From: a virus
Taxonomy: Duplodnaviria > Caudoviricetes
IMG/VR virus record: IMGVR_UViG_3300025325_000107
Span: 1 to 29,911 of that record
Length of the DNA: 29,911 nt
Strand: one strand, 5' to 3'
This document shows positions 1 to 9,105 of this stretch, one piece after another. Made by a program: the position numbers and the translations under genes. The first letter of the stretch is position 1. The number at the start of each line of letters is the position of its first letter. The notes under the pieces are model-generated. The model had not been told where the DNA came from. It did no database searches and saw only the letters and a program-made list of their open reading frames with translations.

Positions 1-1
1 G

Positions 2-1951
2 TCGAGCATCACCGGCGTCAGTGTTGGATGGCGTGATGCCGGTGATGCTCGACCAGCCGCTCAACTGGTTGTTGTTATCATTCGTTTCCGTTGGCGTCGT
101 GCCAGTCATCATGAGCGCGACTGTGTTCAGCCCATCCGCCGCGATGGGGTCAGGTTCCAGCGCCCACGTCGAAAAATCGGAACTGGGAATGAGCGGCGTG
201 TAGGGGAACAGGTTGCCGCGCCAGTCACTCACGATGGACTTGTTACCGGCGGTCAGGTCGATGGTGACGGTCTCGCCGGCATTGATGTAGAGGTTGAACG
301 TCATTGTTTTCGCGCTGTCCGTGTTCTCGATCCATTGCAATGTGCCAGGGCCGGTGAGGGTGAAAATAGGAAAGGACTCAAAATCACCATCAATGTCAAT
401 CCCAGTGGATGTTGGGCTTGATACAACTGCTGTCCCGGTGGTGTCAAAGCCCACGTAAAGATTCGCACCGAATAATCCGATAGCATAAACAAGCGGAGTA
501 CCCGGAAAATCAATATCCAACTGAGCCCAACTTGTTCCATTCCACACGGCAACACGGTCAGCCAGCGAAAGTCCTCCTGCAGAAGTGAAGAGTCCACCGG
601 CATACAATAGTCCATCCGAAGAAACAGCCAGAGACCAACAAGCTGCGTTGACACCGGAGCCGAGAGGTGTCCAAACAACACCATTCCATTTCGCTATATT
701 GTTGGCAGAAACACCGCCGATTGTTGCAAAGATTCCACTTGCGTAAATGGTTCCATCTGGATGCTCTGCAAACTTATAGACATCAACTGCATTTGTATTA
801 CCGACGCTAGCCCAAGTTGTCCCATTCCAAGAGGCAAGTCCATCCGTGTTGGCAACGCCGCCCATCGAGGTAAAATCTCCACCAGCATAAAGCGTTCCAC
901 TTTTTGCTATAAGAATTGCTCTCACGGCATTGTCCGCCCCGCCGGTTCCTAGAGCCGACCACGCACTGCCGTTCCAGCGAGCAATTCGGTTTGCCCCCAC
1001 GCCGCCAATTGTGGTAAACGTTCCCCCGGCGTAAATGTCCCCCGTAGTTGGATGAACAGCCAGCGCGCGTGTCGAGCCATTCGGAGCAGTGCCAGTTGTA
1101 TTCCAAGCTGCTCCATCCCAATAGTCCAAGCGATTGGTTAATCCCCCGGCATAAACTTTTCCATCTGGCCCGATTGCAATTGTAAGTACATTTGTTGCAA
1201 ACCCCGCCGCTAAAGCCGACCACGTACTACCATCCCATTTCGCAATTCTATTTGCTGCTACGCCACCGATACTTGTAAATGCACCACCTACATATACATC
1301 GCCATTCGGAGCAATCGCCATAGTATAAATATCACCATTTGCCCCGCCGCCCATCGAATTCCATAGTCCGTTGATCTTCCCGGCGATATATGCCACGCTC
1401 AGGTTCTGATACGTGGCCAGGTTGGCGGATTGATCCGCGGCTCCATACCACAGCGGATCGTACGCCACGAGCCGCACGACCGCGTTCTGTTTCGTCTCTT
1501 CCGTCCCCACGTCCTGGGTCGTCGTGGACAACAGAAATACGTTCAACTCGCGAACCCGTTCGTTGAAAATAAAGCGAAATACGGACGGCGCGGGCGGATC
1601 ATCCAGCGTCCGATTCCAACGCAATGCCTTCCACAAGCGCGCCCGCAACTCGTGCAACTCCGTGCGCGTTTTCGCGTTCAGTACGCCCGTGATCGTCACC
1701 ACGCGCGGCTGAATCGAAATACTCTGCAAGAGTGCGCCAGGTTGCCGATACAAAACCTGGGTCTGATGCTGAATCGGCGGCAGTTCCCCACCATCGAAGA
1801 ACCCGATGTCTACCGCATAATTCGGCGGCGCGAACTCGAACGTCCAACCATCCGGCGTAACGATCTCATAGCGTGGATTGTGAACGGTCGGGTTAGGCAT
1901 GGTTCCACTTCCCGCCATAAAGATAAGTGGGATGAAAACGATCCAGTGCAT
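2..1951 (-). CDS. Distal tail protein (Dit) with inserted beta-propeller; runs off the window edge (not in ORF track)
   Basis: Manually translated open frame from ATG 1951 (GAGG upstream; alternative ATG 1900) to the edge with no stop. Dit-like N-terminus (LPPIQHQT...PRVVTITG...VRLVAYDPLWY), seven W(D/N)GxxW-type repeats, then FPIFTLTGPG...GETVTIDL. Directly follows the tape measure gene. Confidence 0.85.
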   Translation of the reverse strand, partial: MHWIVFIPLIFMAGSGTMPNPTVHNPRYEIVTPDGWTFEFAPPNYAVDIGFFDGGELPPIQHQTQVLYRQPGALLQSISIQPRVVTITGVLNAKTRTELHELRARLWKALRWNRTLDDPPAPSVFRFIFNERVRELNVFLLSTTTQDVGTEETKQNAVVRLVAYDPLWYGAADQSANLATYQNLSVAYIAGKINGLWNSMGGGANGDIYTMAIAPNGDVYVGGAFTSIGGVAANRIAKWDGSTWSALAAGFATNVLTIAIGPDGKVYAGGLTNRLDYWDGAAWNTTGTAPNGSTRALAVHPTTGDIYAGGTFTTIGGVGANRIARWNGSAWSALGTGGADNAVRAILIAKSGTLYAGGDFTSMGGVANTDGLASWNGTTWASVGNTNAVDVYKFAEHPDGTIYASGIFATIGGVSANNIAKWNGVVWTPLGSGVNAACWSLAVSSDGLLYAGGLFTSAGGLSLADRVAVWNGTSWAQLDIDFPGTPLVYAIGLFGANLYVGFDTTGTAVVSSPTSTGIDIDGDFESFPIFTLTGPGTLQWIENTDSAKTMTFNLYINAGETVTIDLTAGNKSIVSDWRGNLFPYTPLIPSSDFSTWALEPDPIAADGLNTVALMMTGTTPTETNDNNNQLSGWSSITGITPSNTDAGDAR

Positions 1952-1965
1952 AAATCCACCTCATG

Positions 1966-4269
1966 CTATCCCCCACCCTGCGCGAGCGACTTCATAATCC
2001 CGAAATCGGAAATTAACGTCGAGGTCGGCGCGAGCGAACTGATATTCAGGTTGTAATAATTGTTGGTGATCGCGCTGGAATTGACGAACGAACTCCCAGC
2101 ACCCGCTCCCGCAAATGCCGGCATGAGTTGCGACGGGAAAAGCCCACCGCCGGGGAGATAGTTTTTCCACGGGTTCAAGTCCTGCAAACCAAGCGGTCGC
2201 AATACGCTGTCCAGTGCATATGCCAGAATCGTACCGAACGCGTTCACCACCGCCTGGAGCGGCGCGATGATCAAACGATCTGCTAGTGCCTGCAAGATGC
2301 CAACCGCTGTGTTGTAAACCTGCAACAGGAAATAGCCAACGTCTCTGGCCGCGTTCATTGCGTTGCCGATCACGAACCCAATGGCATCGCGGATATTGTT
2401 CGGTGACAGAAACGCGAACTGCGCGGCAATTTGGTCACGAATCCCAGTGACTAGATTAATGATGGCGTTCATCACCGCACCGCCAACGTTCAGCGCGTTG
2501 TTGAGCGCAGTCGTGATGGCGTTGACAATGCTTGTGCCGACCGCCGACCAATTCAAATTTTGGATTGCGGCAATCGCGTTGTTGAACGGCGCGAGCAGCG
2601 TGTTGAGGATACTTGTGGCTTGATTGGAGATCGCGGTCAGGATCGCGATTAGTCCAGCGACGACAGTATTCCGCAAAATGTCCCATGCGCCGCTGAAGAT
2701 GAGTTGAATGCCTGACCAAATGCCACTCATCATCTCCTGCCAGTCCGCGCCGGCTGCTTCCATATCTCCGCTCAATATATCCAGCGCGACCTTGACGATG
2801 CCTTTAATCGCCGACCACGCCACGGTAAATATCCCCTCGATTTGCTTCCACGCGCCACCGATGATTTTCTCGATTTCCTCGTGATGGTCTTCAATGAATT
2901 TCTGAATCGTGGTGACGATGGGCTTGATGATCTTATCCCATATGAAATCCCAGGTCTGCTGAATCTTCGTTTTGATATTATCCCACGCCTTCGCGAGTTT
3001 CGGCTGAACCTCGTCTCGGAATTTGTCCAATTCCTTGAAAATCTTGATGAGGATCGGCGCGATGATTTTCCATGCATCCTCAATGAACTTGGAAATTTGC
3101 TTCCAGGTCTTCGCCGCGTCCGCCTGGGTCTTTTTCTGCGTATCGATGAGACCGAACAGGAATTCACCTAACTTTTCCAGAATCGGCTTGATAATCTTCC
3201 ACGCGTCGGAAATCGCCTTCGAGATTTTCGGCCAGTTCTCCTGCACTAACTTAATGATATCGCGAATGAATGGTATCAAGTTTTTCTGAATCCATCGACC
3301 CATATCAATAAGCGCAGGTAGCGCTTCTTCGATAATCCACTTGCCGATATCGCGTAGAGCCTGATTCAACGCGGGCGCATGTTCCTTAACCCAGGTTGAA
3401 AATGCCGGCAGAATGTCCTTCGTGATCACGGTTGTCAAATCTTTCAGGATCAGCAGAATCGCTATGCCGATTTGATTCCAAATGCCCTCTAAACTCGCGC
3501 TTAAATCTCGTTGCGCGATTTGCAAATCAATCGCCGCTTTGACCTGTTCATCAGTTAGCTTCAATCCCTTTTCATCAACGATTTGCAAAGCTTGTTTGAT
3601 ATCTATGTCTTGATTTAAGAAATCATGGAACTTACCACCCGATTTGCCAAATAATTCCATTTCGAGTGCGCTTTTTGCTGTTCCATCCTTCATTTGTTTA
3701 AGCGAGGACTGAATCTCTGGCAGAACTTGCTCAAAGGTTTTCAGATTCCCTTTAGTGTCAAAAGCACTGATTCCTAGTTTCTTCAGGGACTGTTCAAAGG
3801 GAGTCAACTCTTTTTTGCCAGTTTTCAGACGGTCATTAGCGGCATCCAGTCCGCGAATAAAAAAACCGAATCCCGATGAACCTTCTTCAACGGTCAAGCC
3901 AACCCGCTTCATCAGGAACGCCCAACCGCCGGCTTGCTCCGCGTTCAAGCCAAATTTATCTCCAAGCGAATCTAAATCATTCGCAATAGAATTTGTTACA
4001 TCCAAGCCAGTCTTTGCAGCAAGAGCAAAGCCAGCAACCGCCGCTGCCGCCGCCGTGATTCCAACCGTTAGCGCGCCCGCCGCAATCGTCGCGACGGTTG
4101 ACAGACCTGAGCCCAGCGCGGTGGAGGCGCGCTCCATTACTGACATACCCGTCGCGCCTTCCTGGGTTTTGCCGGTCGCCTGGTCAACCCCGCGTATATA
4201 CGCCGCGAGTCCGCGTTGGAAATCCGCGTCCCGTAGGACAGCCTCTAAACCTATCTGTTCGGTTGCCAA
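1966..4269 (-). CDS. Tail tape measure protein (767 aa, TTG start)
   Basis: Long Ala/Leu/Ile-rich helical protein with periodic Trp/Phe repeats and an ELFGKSG motif; located after the tail chaperones. Confidence 0.93.
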   Translation of the reverse strand: MATEQIGLEAVLRDADFQRGLAAYIRGVDQATGKTQEGATGMSVMERASTALGSGLSTVATIAAGALTVGITAAAAAVAGFALAAKTGLDVTNSIANDLDSLGDKFGLNAEQAGGWAFLMKRVGLTVEEGSSGFGFFIRGLDAANDRLKTGKKELTPFEQSLKKLGISAFDTKGNLKTFEQVLPEIQSSLKQMKDGTAKSALEMELFGKSGGKFHDFLNQDIDIKQALQIVDEKGLKLTDEQVKAAIDLQIAQRDLSASLEGIWNQIGIAILLILKDLTTVITKDILPAFSTWVKEHAPALNQALRDIGKWIIEEALPALIDMGRWIQKNLIPFIRDIIKLVQENWPKISKAISDAWKIIKPILEKLGEFLFGLIDTQKKTQADAAKTWKQISKFIEDAWKIIAPILIKIFKELDKFRDEVQPKLAKAWDNIKTKIQQTWDFIWDKIIKPIVTTIQKFIEDHHEEIEKIIGGAWKQIEGIFTVAWSAIKGIVKVALDILSGDMEAAGADWQEMMSGIWSGIQLIFSGAWDILRNTVVAGLIAILTAISNQATSILNTLLAPFNNAIAAIQNLNWSAVGTSIVNAITTALNNALNVGGAVMNAIINLVTGIRDQIAAQFAFLSPNNIRDAIGFVIGNAMNAARDVGYFLLQVYNTAVGILQALADRLIIAPLQAVVNAFGTILAYALDSVLRPLGLQDLNPWKNYLPGGGLFPSQLMPAFAGAGAGSSFVNSSAITNNYYNLNISSLAPTSTLISDFGIMKSLAQGGG

Positions 4270-4270
4270 T

Positions 4271-4525
4271 TTACCGTTTACCCTTCAGATTACTTTTTCT
4301 CAATTCATCCTCGGCTTGCTGCGCGTCCCAGGATTCCATCCGCTGCCGCGTACGCCGCGCTTGGATGGCGTACGCTTTATCCTCTGGATTCCATTGGTCG
4401 AACTCACTCAACGGTATTCCCAGTTCGTTGGCGAGACTGGCTTGCTCGAACCGTGCCGATGCTTTCCACTTGCTCAACCGCAACGGCAGTTTCTTTATTT
4501 CCATCCCGCCCCAGTGAACGTCGAA
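4271..4525 (-). CDS. Tail assembly chaperone gpT-like segment, probably made as a frameshift fusion
   Basis: Overlaps the 3' end of the 4404-5036 ORF in the +1 frame (DVHWGGMEIKK...EFDQWNPEDKAY); ends 1 nt before the tape measure start. Confidence 0.75.
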   Translation of the reverse strand, partial: FDVHWGGMEIKKLPLRLSKWKASARFEQASLANELGIPLSEFDQWNPEDKAYAIQARRTRQRMESWDAQQAEDELRKSNLKGKR

Positions 4526-5036
4526 ACGATGCCTCTACTTGGTCGAGCAAGTCCTCCGGCACGCCCGAGACGCGCATCACCCCGACCACCATCGCCTGGT
4601 AATCCGCCACGCTTCCCAGCACCTCGGTTTGCAAATAGTGCATTCGTTTTTCCATTGGGTCTTGGGGGATTGCGATGCCAGCGAATTCCTGCTGCTTTTC
4701 CCAATCCGTATCGCTCGGCAACTCGACCGAAATCCCGCGCAACAAAATCAGGCGCATCAAACTACGCTGCGATTCGTCGTTCCAAGTTGTAAGTTTCGTT
4801 TGGAATTCTGACCACGCCGCGCGGTCCGCCTCCGTTTCCAGCGTCGTCCCGTCGTGCGCGTGGATTTCGGAATTGCCCGCGAGGGATTTCACTTCGTAGG
4901 TTGGCGGTAGGGGCTTTTTCGCGTTGAGCGAGGACTGCAACGCGTCGATCAGGGTCGCGATGCCGTTGAACGTCACTTTGACGCCGCGACTCGTGGTATA
5001 TGTCCCCGACCCGTTCGTACCGAAAAGGTCTGACAT
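4404..5036 (-). CDS. Tail assembly chaperone gpG-like
   Basis: Lies between tail tube and tape measure; GGAGAG RBS before ATG 5036. Confidence 0.8.
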   Translation of the reverse strand: MSDLFGTNGSGTYTTSRGVKVTFNGIATLIDALQSSLNAKKPLPPTYEVKSLAGNSEIHAHDGTTLETEADRAAWSEFQTKLTTWNDESQRSLMRLILLRGISVELPSDTDWEKQQEFAGIAIPQDPMEKRMHYLQTEVLGSVADYQAMVVGVMRVSGVPEDLLDQVEASFRRSLGRDGNKETAVAVEQVESIGTVRASQSRQRTGNTVE

Positions 5037-5040
5037 GATT

Positions 5041-5110
5041 TTGCTCTCCTATTGAATTCCTGCCGAGAGGGACACGCCCGGAGAGCAACCAGCGCGCCCC
5101 CTCGGACAGG
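5041..5110 (-). promoter_or_regulatory. Hairpin with anti-Shine-Dalgarno loop (possible pseudoknot) over the chaperone RBS
   Basis: Stem about 5059-5077 pairs with 5092-5110; loop TTGCTCTCC (5080-5088) is the exact complement of RBS GGAGAGCAA (5041-5049). Confidence 0.55.
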
Positions 5111-5156
5111 CTCACAAACTTTATCCCGAAACGCGAATCACAACGCGAATCTCGGA

Positions 5157-6638
5157 TTACCCCGAAACGCGGATTACGACGCCGGTTCCGCCTTGCACTT
5201 CGCCAACCGCGAACGCCGTATTCTCATCGATTGCTACAACCGCATTCAGACCCAGGTTCGTCGGGGTCGTGATGCGTTCCCAGGATATCCCGCCGTCGAG
5301 GGTGCGGTGAATCGTTCCCACCGGCGCGCTCGTGTTGTGGATCATAAACCCGACCAGTTCATTCTCCGGCGCAAAGTCCGCGTCGCGCACCGTGCCAGTG
5401 GTTCCCTGGCCGGTAAATATGACGCTCGTCCACGTATCGCCGCCGTCGAGTGATTTCCACAATCCATCGCCGCTCGCGCCGACGATCAGCATGTCCTTCG
5501 ACAGCGTTTCGAGCGCGAAAAGATTGTCCGCGGATGATGGGGACGTAACCGCGCTCCAGTTATCGCCGCCGTCAATGGTCTTGATGATGGTGTCCGTATT
5601 GCCAACGGCGTAACCGTTTAGCACGTCGAAGAACGACACGGCGTTCAACGGACGCGCCAAGCTCGCCGTCAGTGCGCTAGCTTGCGAAGCCCAACTCGCG
5701 CCGCCGTCACTGGAAAAATACACGCGGCCGTGACTCGTCGCGAACCAGATGTGCGACTTGTCCAGCGCGAACAGCGCGGCGGAATGGGTCGCGCCTTCCC
5801 AGGCCGTTGCGCCGACCGTGACGGTCGTCCACGTCGCGGCGTCGTTATCCGAGTACGCGACTTGTGCATTCCCGGCCTTTTGACCGCTCGCCACTAACAG
5901 GCGATACGTATCCTTGTCCACCTGGAAACGCACCGCCGAGAGAATGTCGCCACCAGTAAACGGTGATGGCACCGCGCCGGTCGCGTTCGCCCAGGTCGAA
6001 CCCTTGTCCGTGGTGAGCCACACGTCCGCATCGCTCGGCGGCGAAGCAACTCCGCCGTCTGTGACAATGAAGCCGTTGTCGTCGCGCTCGACCGTTGGAC
6101 CGCAGTCGCCGGCGCACTCATCGAGCATGTCGAAAACGATGTCATTCAGCGCGCGCGTTTCCGCAATCGTCTGGCGCACCGCCGTGATCTCGCGAATCTC
6201 GTAAATGCCCCAGTAGGACAGGTCGAGTACGCGCAAAACCTTGTCATCCGTTTCCATCTTGACGAGGTTCTGACGATTGCGATTCGTCACACGGGCATGA
6301 TGCGCGATAGTTCCCCGAACATAGTTCGGGAAAATCCCGGCTTTGCCGCAGTTGCGCGTCATGGCGTAGAGCGCAAACGTGCAATTCTTCAGACGGTCGA
6401 TCACGTCCGATTCCGGGAACATCAGCGCGGTGATATTGCTCGTCGCGAGCGCGGGCGCGGCGCGCGTCGAGCCGATGATGCGGGCGAGCCCATCCGTGCC
6501 GCGACAGTAGATCGGCGTCTGGTCACCGACGGGCGCGGGCAAGTCTCCCAGGTCGGCGCATCCGAAATACTCTGGCGCGGCGTCCGGGGAGAGTTGCAGG
6601 AATAGACTGCCCTCTGAAGATTTCAATGGTTCCGACAT
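5157..6638 (-). CDS. Major tail tube protein with C-terminal Asp-box (BNR/Ycf48-like) beta-propeller
   Basis: Immediately upstream of the chaperones; GAGGAGG RBS; six (S/T)xDxGxxW-type boxes in the C-terminal 300 aa. Confidence 0.75.
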   Translation of the reverse strand: MSEPLKSSEGSLFLQLSPDAAPEYFGCADLGDLPAPVGDQTPIYCRGTDGLARIIGSTRAAPALATSNITALMFPESDVIDRLKNCTFALYAMTRNCGKAGIFPNYVRGTIAHHARVTNRNRQNLVKMETDDKVLRVLDLSYWGIYEIREITAVRQTIAETRALNDIVFDMLDECAGDCGPTVERDDNGFIVTDGGVASPPSDADVWLTTDKGSTWANATGAVPSPFTGGDILSAVRFQVDKDTYRLLVASGQKAGNAQVAYSDNDAATWTTVTVGATAWEGATHSAALFALDKSHIWFATSHGRVYFSSDGGASWASQASALTASLARPLNAVSFFDVLNGYAVGNTDTIIKTIDGGDNWSAVTSPSSADNLFALETLSKDMLIVGASGDGLWKSLDGGDTWTSVIFTGQGTTGTVRDADFAPENELVGFMIHNTSAPVGTIHRTLDGGISWERITTPTNLGLNAVVAIDENTAFAVGEVQGGTGVVIRVSG

Positions 6639-6649
6639 CGTAGCCTCCT

Positions 6650-7153
6650 CTACTTGATTCTGTGTCCGCTTTTTTCAGCGGCGATGGATAGTGCCTTTTC
6701 GATCGCGCGTGTATAGCGCGGCTGCCACTTTTTTGCAATCACTCTGGTAAAGTTTCTCGCTTTCGTCCCAGGATGCCTGACCTCTTTCGCGAATACCGGG
6801 TTCTTACCGGGCGATCCAGAGGTAGATTGAATCACGCCGACCTGGGTCTTCGGCTTGCCACCCGTTTTGAAAAACAATTGCTTGCCGCGTTTCCTGGGCC
6901 GAATGATATGTTTGCGCGTGCCCTTTTCAACGTAACCGAAAATCTCGTCAGTCGTTGTGACCGAGGTCTGAACCTCACCACCTCCCAATCTGACCTCGCT
7001 CTCGAATTTCGGTCGATGCTTCCACGTCTCAACCGTCTTGATGTAATCAAGCAGCACGTCGCGGCGAATTTGCTCTGCGGCGGCGCGCACCTCGTCGCGG
7101 AAAATAGATGACTTAAATTTCGTCTTCGGCATGATGGCTCTAACCGCAATCAT
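6650..7153 (-). CDS. HK97 gp10-like neck/tail-completion protein
   Basis: Basic protein with YVEKGTRKHIIRP and KEVRHPGTKARNF motifs; ATGA-coupled to the upstream ORF. Confidence 0.75.
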   Translation of the reverse strand: MIAVRAIMPKTKFKSSIFRDEVRAAAEQIRRDVLLDYIKTVETWKHRPKFESEVRLGGGEVQTSVTTTDEIFGYVEKGTRKHIIRPRKRGKQLFFKTGGKPKTQVGVIQSTSGSPGKNPVFAKEVRHPGTKARNFTRVIAKKWQPRYTRAIEKALSIAAEKSGHRIK

Positions 7154-7377
7154 GCCTTTTCAATCCAATGCCATGTGCCAATGTGATTGCGATCCTGATC
7201 ATCAAATCCGCAATCCTCAATTGGCATTATGCCACCTTGAGGTGGGAATATACATAACGCCACACTCCCTTTACTATCCAAAACATCAACTACAATTGCT
7301 GCAAGATGTTTTATACCACGTCCATCATGGTAATTTTTGACATAATGAACCATTCGACCGACTGTTAATCCTTCCAT
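7150..7377 (-). CDS. Small phage hypothetical protein (VGRMVHY...AAIV...GTWHW type)
   Basis: AAGGA RBS, coupled stop/start, locally AT-rich. Confidence 0.7.
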   Translation of the reverse strand: MEGLTVGRMVHYVKNYHDGRGIKHLAAIVVDVLDSKGSVALCIFPPQGGIMPIEDCGFDDQDRNHIGTWHWIEKA

Positions 7378-7387
7378 AGAATTCCTT

Positions 7388-8752
7388 TCACGCGAATGCC
7401 ATCCCGCGCTGGAGTCTCATCGCGTTGGCAAACCGCCACGCAATCCACGCGCCATCGGACAATCCGAAGTCACAGTTCAGCCGTTCACTGGTCAGCGTCC
7501 CCGGTATCACGCGGTCGCGCGTCCACGCGTCGTTGGCGAATCCGCATCCACACGGTGGATTCGGCATCTTGGAATGCGCGAGCCGCACGACGGCATCCTC
7601 GGCTTGCAAGGTCATCGGATTGAGACCAGCTTTATAGTTCAGTCTTACGAGAGTTGGATTTTCACAGTAGCATGTCAGACAATCGGCTGTCCATGCTTCG
7701 CCGGAGAACGTCGCTGGCAAAACGTCCAACGTCCCCACCTCGCGATTGACGATATATTCGCACGCCGTCACGGAATACTCACCGCACGTTCCGCAGCACC
7801 CCGCGCAATCGCAATCGCACGTCACGGTCTGGCGGTGCGGCCAAATCAAGCCCGCCTGAATCGATGGGTCATTGTAGACTCGTTTCACATCCACGGTCGC
7901 AGTGTAAATCGTCGCATCGTTGTAATCCCAACCGTCGCTCGGATTGTTGAAATTCTCCGGCTTAATGAGGCGACACCAGGGAATCTGGATCGTGACGTTG
8001 CCGCCCGAAATCGAAACGTCACTGGGAACGATTTCGCGATTGCTCCCCGCGTAGTAGACTCTGATTTCCGATTCATCCGTGACCGTCGTCGCAACCGTAA
8101 CAGACGCTGGGTCAGCCGCGTAATTGACCGCCGTTGCGCTCGCGACGACCGACGTATTGCGAAATCCCACGTCAAGCAACTTGCCCCAGCGCGTGTGTAC
8201 GGGGAACGAATAGTATTGCTGCTCGTCGGTGAACCAACGCGGGCAAAGCGGATAGCCCGTGACGCGTTCGATTTCCTCCTGCGCCTCGGCGAGATAGCGC
8301 GCGATGCGCTTGCGCTGGTTCTCCGTCCAAATCGGATTGCATCCATCCGCTGGCGTTCCGTCGTTCAAGCCCCAGAACTGATTCTCATCCAGTTCGAGAA
8401 TTTCCGCATAACGCGGGAGCGATATGCACGCGCTGGGTAACGCGAGCGGAATAACCGTTGAGACCCCGCCGCCCGTTCCGCCCGAAATGTCCTGTTCGAT
8501 GCGAAACGTATCGCCGTTGTAGACGAACTCGACCCAGTAGTTGTAGGTTAGCCCCTGCGCGGGATCGGTGAACGTGTACTCGTAGTTTCCGACAGAGATA
8601 TTGGTCAACGCCTGACCCGCTGCGACCACGACCGCGAGGTTATCCGTACGGCGCACGCCATAGGTTGCCGTTGGATCACGCAACACGACCGAAGTCGCGT
8701 TCGTCAGAATCGCGCCAACTCGCAGAGTGAAATGGATTGCCGTTGTACTCAC
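7388..8752 (-). CDS. Probable head-tail adaptor, Cys-rich, with extra N-terminal beta domain
   Basis: Adaptor-like helix RYLAEAQEEIERVTGY and VRLNYKAG...AVVRLA motif; neck-region position. Confidence 0.6.
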   Translation of the reverse strand: MSTTAIHFTLRVGAILTNATSVVLRDPTATYGVRRTDNLAVVVAAGQALTNISVGNYEYTFTDPAQGLTYNYWVEFVYNGDTFRIEQDISGGTGGGVSTVIPLALPSACISLPRYAEILELDENQFWGLNDGTPADGCNPIWTENQRKRIARYLAEAQEEIERVTGYPLCPRWFTDEQQYYSFPVHTRWGKLLDVGFRNTSVVASATAVNYAADPASVTVATTVTDESEIRVYYAGSNREIVPSDVSISGGNVTIQIPWCRLIKPENFNNPSDGWDYNDATIYTATVDVKRVYNDPSIQAGLIWPHRQTVTCDCDCAGCCGTCGEYSVTACEYIVNREVGTLDVLPATFSGEAWTADCLTCYCENPTLVRLNYKAGLNPMTLQAEDAVVRLAHSKMPNPPCGCGFANDAWTRDRVIPGTLTSERLNCDFGLSDGAWIAWRFANAMRLQRGMAFA

Positions 8753-9105
8753 GAGGTATGAATCTCCGTGATTTCAGCATTGAGCGTCACAATCGTGCCC
8801 GGTATTTCCGACACAACCTGCCATTTGTAATCTGCCGGGTCTGCGCCCGCTGCCGTAATGTGGATTTGCAACTCACCTAGCGTGTTCGTATGCGCCGCCG
8901 TCAGAGCCAGTTTATACAATCCCTTCGCGTTGACCGCATCGATTTCCGTAACAGTCGGCGTGATCAGACCCGGCGCGGCTCCAGCTTTGCTGGCGTAGAT
9001 GGTCAGCCCGCCGGCGAGTCCGGTTTTGCCGGTGATGTGATCGGTTGAATCAATGACGAGCACCGTAATATCGATTGCGGTAGATTGTTTGAGATACCCT
9101 TCCAT
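8749..9105 (-). CDS. Virion structural protein (small beta-rich domain)
   Basis: DHITGKTGL...SKAG...GLYKLALTAAHTNTLG pattern of phage structural domains; coupled overlaps on both sides. Confidence 0.65.
   Translation of the reverse strand: MEGYLKQSTAIDITVLVIDSTDHITGKTGLAGGLTIYASKAGAAPGLITPTVTEIDAVNAKGLYKLALTAAHTNTLGELQIHITAAGADPADYKWQVVSEIPGTIVTLNAEITEIHTS

Noticed and set aside
1-53. 20-bp inverted repeat (1-20 versus 34-53, one mismatch)
   Set aside because: Sits exactly at the sequence edge inside the Dit frame; most likely a fold-back read or assembly artefact.
1430-4792. Long plus-strand ORFs (1430-2056, 3755-4792) and similar ones at 7574-8440 and 12239-13285
   Set aside because: Antisense shadows of GC-rich minus-strand genes, with no recognisable motifs.
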